Source: Cellvibrionales bacterium (lineage in GTDB: Bacteria > Pseudomonadota > Gammaproteobacteria > Pseudomonadales > UBA7434). From it: DNA of 64,000 bases. Location: assembly GCA_042090785.1 (NCBI GenBank), contig JBELIP010000004.1, positions 54,045-118,044 of the forward strand. Reading direction: 5' to 3'. The notes beneath the pieces were generated by a model. The model was not told the DNA's origin. It did no database searches and saw only the letters and a list, made by a program, of their open reading frames with translations. Positions 51,235 through 61,104 of the stretch are shown in pieces. Each line of letters opens with the position of its first letter. The first letter of the stretch is position 1. Both the position numbers and the translations under genes were made by a program.

Positions 51235-52371
51235 TTATATAACAACAAGCTCAGCACGAAGTGCACCCGCTTGTTTCATAGCCTCAAGTATTGCCATTAA
51301 GTCACCGGGCGCTGCACCGACCAAATTCACCGCTCTAACTATTTCATTTAACTGCGTACCCGGATCAAACAAAAACATACGATTTTGCTCTTCTTCAATC
51401 TCAATACCGGAGTCAGCAACAATAGCTGTTTCACCACCCGCTAAAGCATTTGGCTGACTCACCGCTGCATTCTCAGCAACCGTCACAGTCAAGCTACCAT
51501 GCGTAACAGCAACAGGAGAAACCTTGACACTACTACCCACAACAATCGTACCTGTTCGTGAATTAATAATGACTTTAGCTGAAGCCTGCCCTTGTTCTAT
51601 CTCAAGATTTTCTAACATAGAAACATAAGTCACGCGTTGGTCAGCCGTGGCAGGTGAAGTCACAATAATTGAACCGGCATCCAAAGCTTGCGCCACATCC
51701 GGCCCAAAAACCGTATTAATACGATCGGCAACACGCTTAGCCGTGGTGAAATCCGAACGATGCAAATTAAAAATAATATTACTTGCAGTATCAAAACCAC
51801 TATCAATCATCCGCTCAACCGTTGCACCGTTAGGGATACGGCCAACACTAGGCACATTGACGGTAATTTTTGAACCATCATTGCCTTGCGCACCAAAACC
51901 ACCTACCACTAAATTGCCTTGAGCTAATGCATAAGTCTGCCCATCAATACCTTTTAAAGGTGCTAGTAATAAACTGCCGCCACGTAAACTTTTTGCATTA
52001 CCAATAGACGAAACCGTAATATCAATTGTTTGGCCAGGCTTAGCAAACGCTGGAATTTCTGCATGAATAGCTACGGCAGCAACATTCTTTAACTGAAAGC
52101 GCGCACCTTCGGGTGTGGTAATACCAAACTGCTTTAACATATTGGTAAACGACTGCGTAGTAAAAGGTGTTTGTGATGTTTGGTCACCTGAACCATCCAA
52201 ACCAACCACTAGACCATAACCCACTAAAGCGTTTGAGCGCACACCGGCAATAGAGGCCATATCTTTTAAGCGATCGGCCTGGGCGGCAACGGCGACAAAC
52301 AATAGGCTAACTGTTAGCAACAGTTGCTTTAAGCGATATAAAGAACTACGTTGATGATTCATAAATGGCAT
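51235..52371 (-). CDS. flgI: flagellar P-ring protein FlgI
   Basis: 378 aa with a signal peptide, then [30 protein letters not shown]. Confidence 0.95.
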   Translation of the reverse strand: MPFMNHQRSSLYRLKQLLLTVSLLFVAVAAQADRLKDMASIAGVRSNALVGYGLVVGLDGSGDQTSQTPFTTQSFTNMLKQFGITTPEGARFQLKNVAAVAIHAEIPAFAKPGQTIDITVSSIGNAKSLRGGSLLLAPLKGIDGQTYALAQGNLVVGGFGAQGNDGSKITVNVPSVGRIPNGATVERMIDSGFDTASNIIFNLHRSDFTTAKRVADRINTVFGPDVAQALDAGSIIVTSPATADQRVTYVSMLENLEIEQGQASAKVIINSRTGTIVVGSSVKVSPVAVTHGSLTVTVAENAAVSQPNALAGGETAIVADSGIEIEEEQNRMFLFDPGTQLNEIVRAVNLVGAAPGDLMAILEAMKQAGALRAELVVI

Positions 52372-52372
52372 C

Positions 52373-53101
52373 CTAAAAAGGCCAGACAGAAGAATTAAAG
52401 AAGCGCGAAGCCCAACCTTGTTTATTGGCTGCAGCTAAGTCACCCGTACCGCTATACGAAATACGCGCATCCGCAACTTTAGTAGATGAAATCGTATTAT
52501 TAGAAGCAACGTCATCTGGACGAATCAATCCGCTAATGCGAATAAACTCTTGCCCATTGGTCAGAGTCATCCATTTTTCACCGCGAATGACTAACAAACC
52601 ATTAGGCATAACATCAGCAATAGTCACTGCAATACTGCCCTGTAAACGATTTTGTTGATCAGTTTCGCCCGAGCCATCAAAACTCCGCGTCTGCTCAACA
52701 TTAGTCAGTAAAGAATTACCTTTAATGTCAACCAACTTGCCTAAAATTGAATCTTCACCAAAATCAACTTTGCCATCTTTATCAATTTTTGTTTCAGCTG
52801 ATTTACTCGATACCGTTCTCTCATTTAGCGTAACAGTAATAATGTCACCAGCCCGATAAGCGCGGCGATCGTCGTATAAATTCACACCCACTTCAGCGCT
52901 AAAAAGGCTACCGGCACTTAACGGCTTCTGACTTTTACTCGACACCTCAACAGGAGCAAACTCTGCGGTATCGGGTTTTTCTGCATGAGGCACAACAGCA
53001 CAGCCACCAAGGAATAACATGGATATTGCTAGCCATTGAAGCTGCTTAAAAATCGGTATTTTAATCAACATTTTTTTCATTGCCTTCATCACCAACATCA
53101 C
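52373..53101 (-). CDS. flgH: flagellar L-ring lipoprotein FlgH
   Basis: Has the lipobox LFLGGC and the conserved [10 protein letters not shown] and [10 protein letters not shown] regions. The exact start among several Met/GTG codons (53101, 53098, 53080) is uncertain. Confidence 0.92.
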   Translation of the reverse strand: MMLVMKAMKKMLIKIPIFKQLQWLAISMLFLGGCAVVPHAEKPDTAEFAPVEVSSKSQKPLSAGSLFSAEVGVNLYDDRRAYRAGDIITVTLNERTVSSKSAETKIDKDGKVDFGEDSILGKLVDIKGNSLLTNVEQTRSFDGSGETDQQNRLQGSIAVTIADVMPNGLLVIRGEKWMTLTNGQEFIRISGLIRPDDVASNNTISSTKVADARISYSGTGDLAAANKQGWASRFFNSSVWPF

Positions 53102-53110
53102 TCTAACAAT

Positions 53111-53896
53111 TTAAATATTCTGCGTAACAAATTGCAGCATTTGATCAGTGGTTTGTAATACTTTTGAATTCACTTCATAGGTACGCTGAGTGGTAATCAT
53201 ATTAACCAGCTCCTCAACAATATTGACATTAGAGTTTTCAATGCTGCCTTGACGAATAGCACCAAAGCCATTCAAACCGGGTGTACCTTGCTGAGCCGCG
53301 CCACTAGAAGCCGTTTCTAAAAATAAATTAGAGCCCATCGCTTGCAAACCAGCAGGATTAATAAAGTCCGCTAATTGCACGTTACCTACTTGTGTTGGTG
53401 CAGTCTCACCTGCCAACACAACAGACACCGTGCCATCTTGACCAATAGTGACTGTTTGCGCACCTTCAGGAATAGTGATCGAAGGCTCTAAGACTAAACC
53501 GCCTGCGGTCACAATTTCGCCGTCGGCACTTAAATGAAACTCACCATTTCGTGTATAAGCGGTGTTGCCATTAGGTTGTAGAATTTCAAAAAAACCACGA
53601 CCATCAATCGCCATATCTAAAGGCTGATCGGTAACTTGCAAATTACCTGTGGTGAATTGTTTTTGAGTACCGACCACTCGCACACCGGTACCTAACTGCA
53701 GGCCCGAAGGTAATTGATTATTCTGTGCCGACTGCGCACCTGGCTGACGCTGAATTTGGTAAAGCAAATCTTCAAAGATAACTCGGTCACGCTTATACCC
53801 AGCAGTCGAAGCGTTAGCTAAGTTATTAGAGATGGTTGTTAACTGCTTATCTTGTGCAGTTAATCCTGTTTTACTGGCAAATAATGCTGCATGCAT
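53111..53896 (-). CDS. flgG: flagellar distal rod protein FlgG
   Basis: 261 aa with TISNNLANASTAGYKRDR and C-terminal rod motifs. Confidence 0.95.
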   Translation of the reverse strand: MHAALFASKTGLTAQDKQLTTISNNLANASTAGYKRDRVIFEDLLYQIQRQPGAQSAQNNQLPSGLQLGTGVRVVGTQKQFTTGNLQVTDQPLDMAIDGRGFFEILQPNGNTAYTRNGEFHLSADGEIVTAGGLVLEPSITIPEGAQTVTIGQDGTVSVVLAGETAPTQVGNVQLADFINPAGLQAMGSNLFLETASSGAAQQGTPGLNGFGAIRQGSIENSNVNIVEELVNMITTQRTYEVNSKVLQTTDQMLQFVTQNI

Positions 53897-53950
53897 GGTG
53901 TAACCTCTACTTATTCAATCTGTGTTTAATCTTTTTTTCGGCTAAAATAT

Positions 53951-54694
53951 TTATACTTGAACTTGCAAAACACGGGCACTGGATTCAGCATTTTCAGCCA
54001 CGGTTTGCATCATCTTAATTTGCATTTCAAATTGCCTAGCTAGCGAAACAATAGATGTTAATTCACTAACAGCATTAACATTACTATTTTCTAAAAAGCC
54101 AGAGCGCAATCGCACATTAGCGTCTAATGCTTCAATATCGTTAGCGCTGTAAATCAAACCATCCTGTTGTTTTTGCAATGCACTCAAATCAGGATTGACC
54201 AATTTAATACGATCCACTGCAACCAATGTTTCAGGCCCCTGCCCTAAAGCGCGAACAGAAATAGTGCCATCAACACCAACATCTATTTTTTCTGCCTCGG
54301 GAATAGCAATAGGACCAGAGTTACCCATCACTAATAAACCACGCTCATTGCGTAACAGACCAAACGTATCAACACTTAAGTTGCCACCGCGAGTATAGGC
54401 CTCATCACCATTAGCATTTTGCACTGTAATCCAACCATCACCGTCAACAGCAACATCCAGCTCACGGCCGGTTTCAATTAAAGGACCACTGCTTAAATTA
54501 ACCGCAGGCGTTTGGGTAACAGCATAAACGCGACTGTTATAACCATCACCGCCTTGAATAGGCATTGACATTGCATTCGCTAAATCGGCTTTAAAACCCA
54601 CGGTTGAGACGTTAGCTAAATTGTGCGAACGTGCAGCTTGCTCAAGCATATTATGCTTAGCACCTGTCATTGAAATATATAATGCACGATCCAC
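53951..54694 (-). CDS. flgF: flagellar proximal rod protein FlgF
   Basis: 247 aa reading MDRALYISMTGAKHNMLEQAARSHNLANVSTVGFKADL. Confidence 0.93.
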   Translation of the reverse strand: MDRALYISMTGAKHNMLEQAARSHNLANVSTVGFKADLANAMSMPIQGGDGYNSRVYAVTQTPAVNLSSGPLIETGRELDVAVDGDGWITVQNANGDEAYTRGGNLSVDTFGLLRNERGLLVMGNSGPIAIPEAEKIDVGVDGTISVRALGQGPETLVAVDRIKLVNPDLSALQKQQDGLIYSANDIEALDANVRLRSGFLENSNVNAVSELTSIVSLARQFEMQIKMMQTVAENAESSARVLQVQV

Positions 54695-54743
54695 TATTTA
54701 GCCCGCCTATTATTTTGCATTTTACGTTTACTGCGTTAAAAAA

Positions 54744-56669
54744 TTAACGAAGGTTGATAATGGTTTGCTGAATTTCATTAGCGGTTTCAATGGTTCGTGA
54801 ATTCGCCTGGAAATTTCGCTGCGCTATAATTAACGCCACCAATTCTTCTGCCAATTCAACATTGGAATCTTCTAACGCACCCGATGTAATAGACCCTAAA
54901 GAAGCCGTTCGTGGCGCACCTATCACGGGCTCACCTGATTCAAACGATTGTCCCCAAGTCGAATCACCTAATGGCGTAAGACCTTGCTCATTAGCAAACG
55001 AACCCAATGCCACTCTACCCAAGGTTAATGCTTCGCCATTACTGTAACGCGCAAAAATAACACCTGTCTCTGACACATCAACACTCGACAAACGACCACG
55101 AGCAAAACCATTTTGGTCTAGTTCATTCACCGAAAAACCACCACTAAACTGCGACGAACCATTAACATCTAAAATAAAATTAGAACTCACTGGCGGTGTA
55201 GGAACCGGTGTTGAGCCACCATTGGCAATAGTCAACGGTCCTAAGGCACCGGCTGGGTTGCCATCGGCATCCAAAGGTGTCCAGTTAGATATTAATAATT
55301 CATCGCTGTTAGCCGTATCTAATGTGCCGTCGTTAAAAAATCGTAGCGTAAAACGCGCCATAGTAGCCGTATTAGGAGATAAGACATCAGGGTCGCCGAC
55401 ATTTTCACCATCAATCTGCACGTACATACTCCATGTATTAGGTGCACTCAACGCAGGTGGCTCTTTTACAAAATACTGCGATAACACATGACGACTGCCC
55501 AACGAATCAAAAATGGTTACTGAAGTTGCATCGTTATAAGTGTTGCCATCACCTGGATCGAAAGAATTGGTCCGCACTAACGTTAATGCAGGAACATTAG
55601 GAAATAAGTTAGTACCCGCGGATGTTGTTGTACCCGCACTAATAGAAAGGCCAGCGTCTAATGTTAAATTAACTAAACCGCCTACCGTTGCTTGGTTGGT
55701 AGGTGCCGCTAAATTACCGTCAATATTAATTGTGCCGCCACCACCTGCACCGGTCACACTGGCCGTTAAACCGCCACCAGCAGTAAACAATAAATCATCA
55801 CCCAATGTTGAAACAACGCTAATAACACCGCCCGCTTCTGACGCTGTAATACCAGGTAAAGCATCAATAGCCGCTGTAATTTGCGTAATATCAGCACCTA
55901 AAATCTCGGCGCCATTTACACGTAATTGGTTGGCGGTAGCTGAACCACTAGGAATCACTATATCGGCACGCGTAATAGCAGAAGCCGACACACCAGAAAT
56001 AGCTGACAACGAGCCAGCAATAGCACTAGCCGACTGATTAGCACTGGCAGGAACATTGTAAGTGGTGCCATTAATATCAATAGTACCTGCGGCATAACCA
56101 TTAAATCCGCCCTGTGCGGCTTGCTCAACGGCGCCATCTGAAATAGCGGTATTAACAATGCTTTCAGGCACAGCTGCATCAGCATCTAAATTAAATAACA
56201 TATCGACTAATGTTGTTTGACGCGGTGAAATATCTGCCGTACTTAATTGCAAATCACCTAAGACATCCGACACAGTTCCTGATGTATTGGCTGGAAAACC
56301 CTGTAAACGTGCGCCGTCATTCGTAGTGATAAAACCAGTATCATCCACACCAAATTGGCCGGCACGGGTGAATACTTGCGAGCCTTGATCACTTAATACA
56401 AAAAAACCGCCGCCGTTAATGGCTAAATCTAACGCGTTTTCAGTAAAGCTAATATTACCCTGCGAAAACTGCTGTGACACATCAGAGACTCGTACACCAT
56501 TACCAATAGCGTTAGTACCTCCACCCACCACAGAGCTGGCATAAACGTCTGCAAATTCTGCACGCGATTGCTTAAAACCCACGGTGCTCGCGTTAGCAAT
56601 ATTATTACCCGTTACATTTAAATCACTCGTCGCTGCGCGTAGTCCTGTTAATGCTGTATTAAAAGTCAT
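54744..56669 (-). CDS. flgE: flagellar hook protein FlgE (enlarged, 641 aa)
   Basis: MTFNTALTGLRAATSDLNVTGNNIANASTVGFK at the N-terminus and the C-terminal ...EDSNVELAEELVALIIAQRNFQANSRTIETANE are present. There is a roughly 200-aa central insertion. Confidence 0.94.
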   Translation of the reverse strand: MTFNTALTGLRAATSDLNVTGNNIANASTVGFKQSRAEFADVYASSVVGGGTNAIGNGVRVSDVSQQFSQGNISFTENALDLAINGGGFFVLSDQGSQVFTRAGQFGVDDTGFITTNDGARLQGFPANTSGTVSDVLGDLQLSTADISPRQTTLVDMLFNLDADAAVPESIVNTAISDGAVEQAAQGGFNGYAAGTIDINGTTYNVPASANQSASAIAGSLSAISGVSASAITRADIVIPSGSATANQLRVNGAEILGADITQITAAIDALPGITASEAGGVISVVSTLGDDLLFTAGGGLTASVTGAGGGGTINIDGNLAAPTNQATVGGLVNLTLDAGLSISAGTTTSAGTNLFPNVPALTLVRTNSFDPGDGNTYNDATSVTIFDSLGSRHVLSQYFVKEPPALSAPNTWSMYVQIDGENVGDPDVLSPNTATMARFTLRFFNDGTLDTANSDELLISNWTPLDADGNPAGALGPLTIANGGSTPVPTPPVSSNFILDVNGSSQFSGGFSVNELDQNGFARGRLSSVDVSETGVIFARYSNGEALTLGRVALGSFANEQGLTPLGDSTWGQSFESGEPVIGAPRTASLGSITSGALEDSNVELAEELVALIIAQRNFQANSRTIETANEIQQTIINLR

Positions 56670-56751
56670 AACTTATCTCCTGCCCGTCATATTTAATTTT
56701 TTGTGCGGTTATTAAAACCGCTTTTAAAATTGGCTTTACTAAAAATAAAAT

Positions 56752-57426
56752 TTATAAAAATCGGCTGACTTCTGAAAGCGGTACTGCACCCACGCCTTCA
56801 ATATTTAAAATCATAGAATCATTTTGGCCAATGGTTACGCTGTTAACGTTAGCCCCAATAGCAACGGGGAGGTCAGCAATTTCGCCATCGACTAAACCGC
56901 TGGCATACACTCGATATGCGCCATCAGCAACTCGAAAGCCACTTTCATCGGTGCCATCCCAGGTGAAATCAATAGCGCCACGCTCTTGCGTGCCAAGGTC
57001 TTGAGTTTTCACAATTTGACCATCAGGACCTTCTATATAAAGCTTCATATTGGCTGAGCTAGTAGCTAAATCAATCGTACCTCTTACCGGCCCTGCTGAA
57101 GAGAGCGTCGCTGTATCTGTACTGACTTGAACCTGTCGACCAACTAATGAAGAAGCCTCAAGTGCTTGGCTAGAACGAAAAGCCGTCGCCAACTCTTCAA
57201 TAGAAGAATTGATATTTTGAATACCCTCAACCGAACTAAATTGCGCTAACTGCGCAATAAAGTCTTCATTTTTAGCCGGGCTTAATGGGTCTTGATTTTG
57301 CAACTGCGCAATCATTAGCTGCAAAAAAGCATCTTTGCCTAAGTCCTGTTCTTCGGTTACACCGTTAGCTTTAGTGCCTAACGAATTAATAATATCGCTG
57401 GAAGTTGAGCTATTAATTTCAGTCAT
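56752..57426 (-). CDS. flgD: flagellar hook capping/assembly protein FlgD
   Basis: 224 aa with DAFLQLMIAQLQNQDPLSP. Confidence 0.93.
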   Translation of the reverse strand: MTEINSSTSSDIINSLGTKANGVTEEQDLGKDAFLQLMIAQLQNQDPLSPAKNEDFIAQLAQFSSVEGIQNINSSIEELATAFRSSQALEASSLVGRQVQVSTDTATLSSAGPVRGTIDLATSSANMKLYIEGPDGQIVKTQDLGTQERGAIDFTWDGTDESGFRVADGAYRVYASGLVDGEIADLPVAIGANVNSVTIGQNDSMILNIEGVGAVPLSEVSRFL

Positions 57427-57520
57427 ACTTTGTACCTAGTTTTACTTAATAATTAATTTTATTGATGTCGCTATTAATAATTGTCTATCTTTTTTTTTAG
57501 CTATTTCTATAAGCTATTTG

Positions 57521-57958
57521 CTACTGCCCCATCGATAACAAGCGCTGCATCATGGATTTTGTGGTATTCATCATTTCTACGTTCATTTGAAAAGAGCGCG
57601 AAGCTGAAATCATATCGGCCATTTCTTCTATCGTGTTGACGTTAGAATAAAAAACATAACCCTCTTCATTAGCTTGAGGATTATTAGGCTCATAAGCTTT
57701 ATTAACGGGCGCTTGGCTTTCTACAATGTCACGAACCATGACACCAAAGTCAGCATTGCTAGCACCATTAAAGGAGCTATTAGCGGCGCCGTTTTTTTCG
57801 CCAGTAGAAACAAACACCGGACGCAGCGCTTTATAGGCCTCGGCCTCAGAGCTGGCAGATGTTTCTGCGTTAGCCATATTGCTTGCCGTGGTATTTAAAC
57901 GGATGGTTTGTGCACTCATCCCCATGGCTGCTATATCAAATACACTTCCTAAACTCAT
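57521..57958 (-). CDS. flgC: flagellar proximal rod protein FlgC
   Basis: MSLGSVFDIAAMGMSAQTIRLNTTASNMANA follows ATG 57958, which is preceded by AAGAGAG. The track ORF begins two codons earlier at TTG. Confidence 0.94.
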   Translation of the reverse strand: MSLGSVFDIAAMGMSAQTIRLNTTASNMANAETSASSEAEAYKALRPVFVSTGEKNGAANSSFNGASNADFGVMVRDIVESQAPVNKAYEPNNPQANEEGYVFYSNVNTIEEMADMISASRSFQMNVEMMNTTKSMMQRLLSMGQ

Positions 57959-57988
57959 ACTCAACTCTCTTACTGTGTTTTCTATTAG

Positions 57989-58097
57989 TTACCGCTCAAG
58001 GCTCTTTTTAATTATCGCTCAGGGCTTTTTTTAATTACCGCTCAAGGCTCTTTTTAATTACCGCTCAAGGCTCTTTTTAATTACCGCTCAAGGCTTT
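57989..58097 (-). repeat. about 4.7 x 23-nt tandem repeat spanning the flgB stop codon and most of the flgB-flgC intergenic region
   Basis: The plus-strand unit is TTACCGCTCAAGGCTCTTTTTAA, at 57989, 58012 (3 differences), 58035 and 58058. A partial copy at 58081..58097 is the end of flgB (…KALSGN stop). Confidence 0.92.
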
Positions 58098-58484
58098 ACT
58101 CAAACCAGAAAAGCGGCCATTTAAAAAGCGAAAGCTAGCACCAAACTCTAAGGCGTTGCGAGCAAAGGCTGCACTTTCCATTTGCGCATCCACTGTATTG
58201 CCATCAATGCTAGCTTGCAGTGGCTGACGATATGAAAGTGGCACCGAGCCACTCTCATTGTTAACCGTAGAAACAATATGGCCTTTATGCGTACGCGACA
58301 TATTCATAGCGCCTTTATCGGCCTTAGCCGCTTGCAGTGCTTCGCGAAAATCAAAGTCACGCGCCTTGAAGCCAGGAGTTTCGGCATTCGCCAAATTATT
58401 CGCCAACACGGCTGATCGCTCGGTACGCAAATGCAATGCCCGTTCGTGGACACCCAGTGCATTGGCAAAATTGATCGCTGTCAT
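58077..58484 (-). CDS. flgB: flagellar proximal rod protein FlgB
   Basis: 135 aa with ERSAVLANNLANAETPGFKARD. Confidence 0.94.
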   Translation of the reverse strand: MTAINFANALGVHERALHLRTERSAVLANNLANAETPGFKARDFDFREALQAAKADKGAMNMSRTHKGHIVSTVNNESGSVPLSYRQPLQASIDGNTVDAQMESAAFARNALEFGASFRFLNGRFSGLSKALSGN

Positions 58485-58555
58485 AACTCATATCTCGCTA
58501 AAGGTTCTGTGCCTGTAAAACTTCTTTTTCACATGCTTTTTTCATAAAGGTATAC

Positions 58556-58572
58556 AGCAACCGATATGCCAA
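58556..58572 (-). promoter_or_regulatory. sigma-54 (-24/-12) promoter for the flgB operon
   Basis: The minus strand reads TTGGCATatcggTTGCT with exact consensus spacing, about 75 nt upstream of the flgB ATG. Confidence 0.8.
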
Positions 58573-58830
58573 ATTAGTTTTATTGTTTTAAATCAGTCAG
58601 TTAAGTATTTTTAATGCAAAAATAAAGCCGATATTGAATCGATTGCGGCAAGCAGCTGCCGCAAGGCGGCAAAGCCTGACAAGCCATCACATTGTGATGG
58701 CGGTCATGTCTTAACCAATGCGGCTTTAAAGGCCATTATCCGAAATGCGTTAACGGCATGAAAATTGCTCTTTTAATGAGTAATTCAATTAATAGGCATT
58801 TTTTTGGCGCATACTTATATGAGTCGCAGT

Positions 58831-59745
58831 ATGAAAAAAGCATCCGTGGCATTAGTTGCATCAGTCGCAACAGCCACCATTAACAAGCATGGCATTCGCC
58901 ATCGACAAGCGCACTGCCAGTCTGCCCACAGCGCAGGACTTACTGCTGCTGCCGCCTGTATTATGGGTTTATTATTTTGGGCTATCCCCGGATCGGCGAG
59001 TAATAGCACTACTCGCCTTGAGGATACAAACAGCCAAGATTTTATGGCCGTACAGCAAAAGGTTAATGGCGCAGAAAATACCACCACAGTATCTGTTGAG
59101 CTACCCGCGACCATCAATGCCACAGAGATTCAAGCATTAACACTCGCCTTTGTTAAGCAACAACCCAATATCGAAAGCCCTCACTCACGCATTGAATACA
59201 GTGCCGCCGCCATAGACTCAAGGCTGACATTACGACGCTGCTCTCAAGACCTCAGCTTTAGCCCACAAAAAGGCAATGCTCGCTCTGGCCGCAAACTAAT
59301 AAAAGTTCGCTGCGATGATCACAAGCCATGGAGTGTCTTTATACCCGTACAATTTGAACACTGGCAGCCAGTAGTCACAGCGGTAAGAAGCATTCAACGT
59401 AACGATGTAATAAATGCGGCAGATATTGTGATTCGCGAGCAAAAGCTTCAAGGCTTAAGTAGTGATTACCTAATTCGCATTAACGATGCTATTGGCACAC
59501 GAGCCACACGTCCAGTAAGTGCTGGCAAGCCTCTAAGCGTTAGTGGCTTAGCCCAGCCAAAATGGATTAAGCGAGGTGATAACGTCATGATTATTGCGAA
59601 CTCTCATGGCGTGAGCGCCAAAATGTCAGGTACCGCTATGGCCGACGGTAGCAAAGGTCAACAAATTAAAGTACGCAACCTCAGCTCAAAGCGCATTATC
59701 AAAGCAAAAGTTATTGCGCCGGGAAAGGTACAAACGGTGATGTAA
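58831..59745 (+). CDS. flgA: flagellar P-ring assembly chaperone FlgA (long N-terminal region; start uncertain)
   Basis: The C-terminal SAF/FlgA domain is present (VVTAVRSIQRNDVINAADI...KRGDNVMIIANSHGVSAKMSGTAMADGSKGQQIKVRNLSSKRIIKAKV). The ORF opens at TTG 58804, with candidate ATGs at 58819, 58831 and 58963. Confidence 0.85.
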   Translation: MKKASVALVASVATATINKHGIRHRQAHCQSAHSAGLTAAAACIMGLLFWAIPGSASNSTTRLEDTNSQDFMAVQQKVNGAENTTTVSVELPATINATEIQALTLAFVKQQPNIESPHSRIEYSAAAIDSRLTLRRCSQDLSFSPQKGNARSGRKLIKVRCDDHKPWSVFIPVQFEHWQPVVTAVRSIQRNDVINAADIVIREQKLQGLSSDYLIRINDAIGTRATRPVSAGKPLSVSGLAQPKWIKRGDNVMIIANSHGVSAKMSGTAMADGSKGQQIKVRNLSSKRIIKAKVIAPGKVQTVM

Positions 59746-59862
59746 TTGCTGGTAAATACTTTAGCCATACATTTACGCCCATGACACACACAAAATTGTT
59801 AAGCAATTTCAAGTACTTAAATTAAGCAAATGACTTAATAGAAAAATGCTTTAAAACGTGAC

Positions 59863-59889
59863 TCAAGTTACAAAAATAATGGCCGATAA
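59863..59889 (+). promoter_or_regulatory. sigma-28 (FliA) promoter for flgMN
   Basis: TCAAGTTA-N11-GCCGATAA has a perfect -10 element. It lies about 160 nt upstream of the flgM ATG. Confidence 0.7.
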
Positions 59890-60050
59890 GGGTATTGTGC
59901 ATACATGTATCCCGCTTCGGCAAACCGTCTTTTATGTAAGACCTTTTTAACAGAAGGAAAAGACAACAGGAACGACAGCAACCGTTTGGGATGCAGCAAC
60001 ACGCAGCAATAAAATAGAGTAAGAAATTAACGACAAGAGTTTGAACGAAC

Positions 60051-60377
60051 ATGGTTAATCACATCAACAATATTAACGGGCCACAATCGGGCACAGCTCG
60101 AAACAGTGGTAGCGTTGATAACAATGCAAACAGCAATGGCCAGGCGAACAGCCACGCCAGAGCTGATGCGTTAGTTGATAATAGCAATGACACTGTTCAT
60201 TTAAGCGCACGCGCACAAGAGCTCGGTCGTATTCAGCGTGATTTGCAAGCACTACCTGAAATTGATGAAGCGCGAGTTAATGATATTCGCGAGCGCATTG
60301 ATAATGGTACCTACACGGTTGACGCCGATCAGGTAGCAACGCGTATTTTGGCAGACGAGCAATTTTTCGGTAGCTAG
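60051..60377 (+). CDS. flgM: anti-sigma-28 factor FlgM
   Basis: 108 aa. The C-terminal region DEARVNDIRERIDNGTYTVDADQVATRIL is typical of FlgM. Confidence 0.9.
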   Translation: MVNHINNINGPQSGTARNSGSVDNNANSNGQANSHARADALVDNSNDTVHLSARAQELGRIQRDLQALPEIDEARVNDIRERIDNGTYTVDADQVATRILADEQFFGS

Positions 60378-60474
60378 CTAATTAATAGCTAACCGATCCC
60401 TTGCCCAACTCGATGCCATGTTTACCGAGTTACTAAATGTCTTTTCTCCTACTACACATACGGGGAGTAAAGTT

Positions 60475-61092
60475 ATGCCACAAGAAAAAATGTCGGGCCA
60501 TTTACCGGACCATTTACCGAAGAACAAAGAGCGCCATTCATCTAGGCAGTCGTCAAAGGACTCCTCCAATCAACAGCCGTCGCATCAAGCGAATATAGAT
60601 ACCGCTGCGCTTAATCTATTAGCGAGTGAAATTTATCAATCATTAGGTGCAGACCAAACTGACCTAGATAGCTTATCGACAATATTAACCGCAGAGCGTA
60701 CAGCTTTAGAAAGTCGAGAAAATAAAGTAATAACAGAATGTGCCGAACAAAAAATTGTGATTGTAAAGCGTATGGAAAAACGCAACGAATTAAGAACAAC
60801 ATTATTGCGTCGGAATCAATTATCAACCGAAGCCGACCGCTGGAAAGACACCATTATAAAATTAGATGCCATTAGCAATATTCAGTTGCTGCCATTATGG
60901 GAAATCATAGAACAGCAATTGGCAGACTGTCAGAAAATGCTCATGATTAACGAAAAGATATTGGGTGGCATGCAACAAAGTGTTGATCGCTTTATGAATA
61001 TATTGCGTGGTGAGACAGGCACAGGACAAACCTACAATGCCACAGGTAAAGCAGAGAATTTTTCTAACAGCAAACCAATAACCAGCGCTTAA
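60475..61092 (+). CDS. flgN: flagellar chaperone FlgN (with Ser/Gln-rich N-terminal extension)
   Basis: ATG 60475 is preceded by GGGGAG at 7-nt spacing (the track ORF opens at 60418). The helical FlgN-like core is LASEIYQSLGADQTDLDSLSTILTAERTALESRE..., located downstream of flgM. Confidence 0.8.
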   Translation: MPQEKMSGHLPDHLPKNKERHSSRQSSKDSSNQQPSHQANIDTAALNLLASEIYQSLGADQTDLDSLSTILTAERTALESRENKVITECAEQKIVIVKRMEKRNELRTTLLRRNQLSTEADRWKDTIIKLDAISNIQLLPLWEIIEQQLADCQKMLMINEKILGGMQQSVDRFMNILRGETGTGQTYNATGKAENFSNSKPITSA

Positions 61093-61104
61093 ACAAGCGT
61101 TTTA
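61084..61104 (+). terminator. weak hairpin overlapping the flgN stop codon
   Basis: AGCGCTT-AAAC-AAGCGTT (one G-U pair) followed by TTAT. Only 9 nt separate the convergent stop codons. Confidence 0.35.

Noticed and set aside
57989-58097. Whether any of the short repeat arrays (this one, 41476..41538, 29212..29280 and 31274..31348) could be a CRISPR array.
   Set aside because: The units are directly abutting, with no unique spacers, and are only 15 to 23 nt long. No cas genes are present. They are simple tandem duplications.
58627-58634. GCCGATAT (a sigma-28 -10-like element) upstream of flgA on the plus strand.
   Set aside because: There is no TAAAG-like -35 element at the required spacing; the nearest, TTAAGTAT, is 7 nt too far away.
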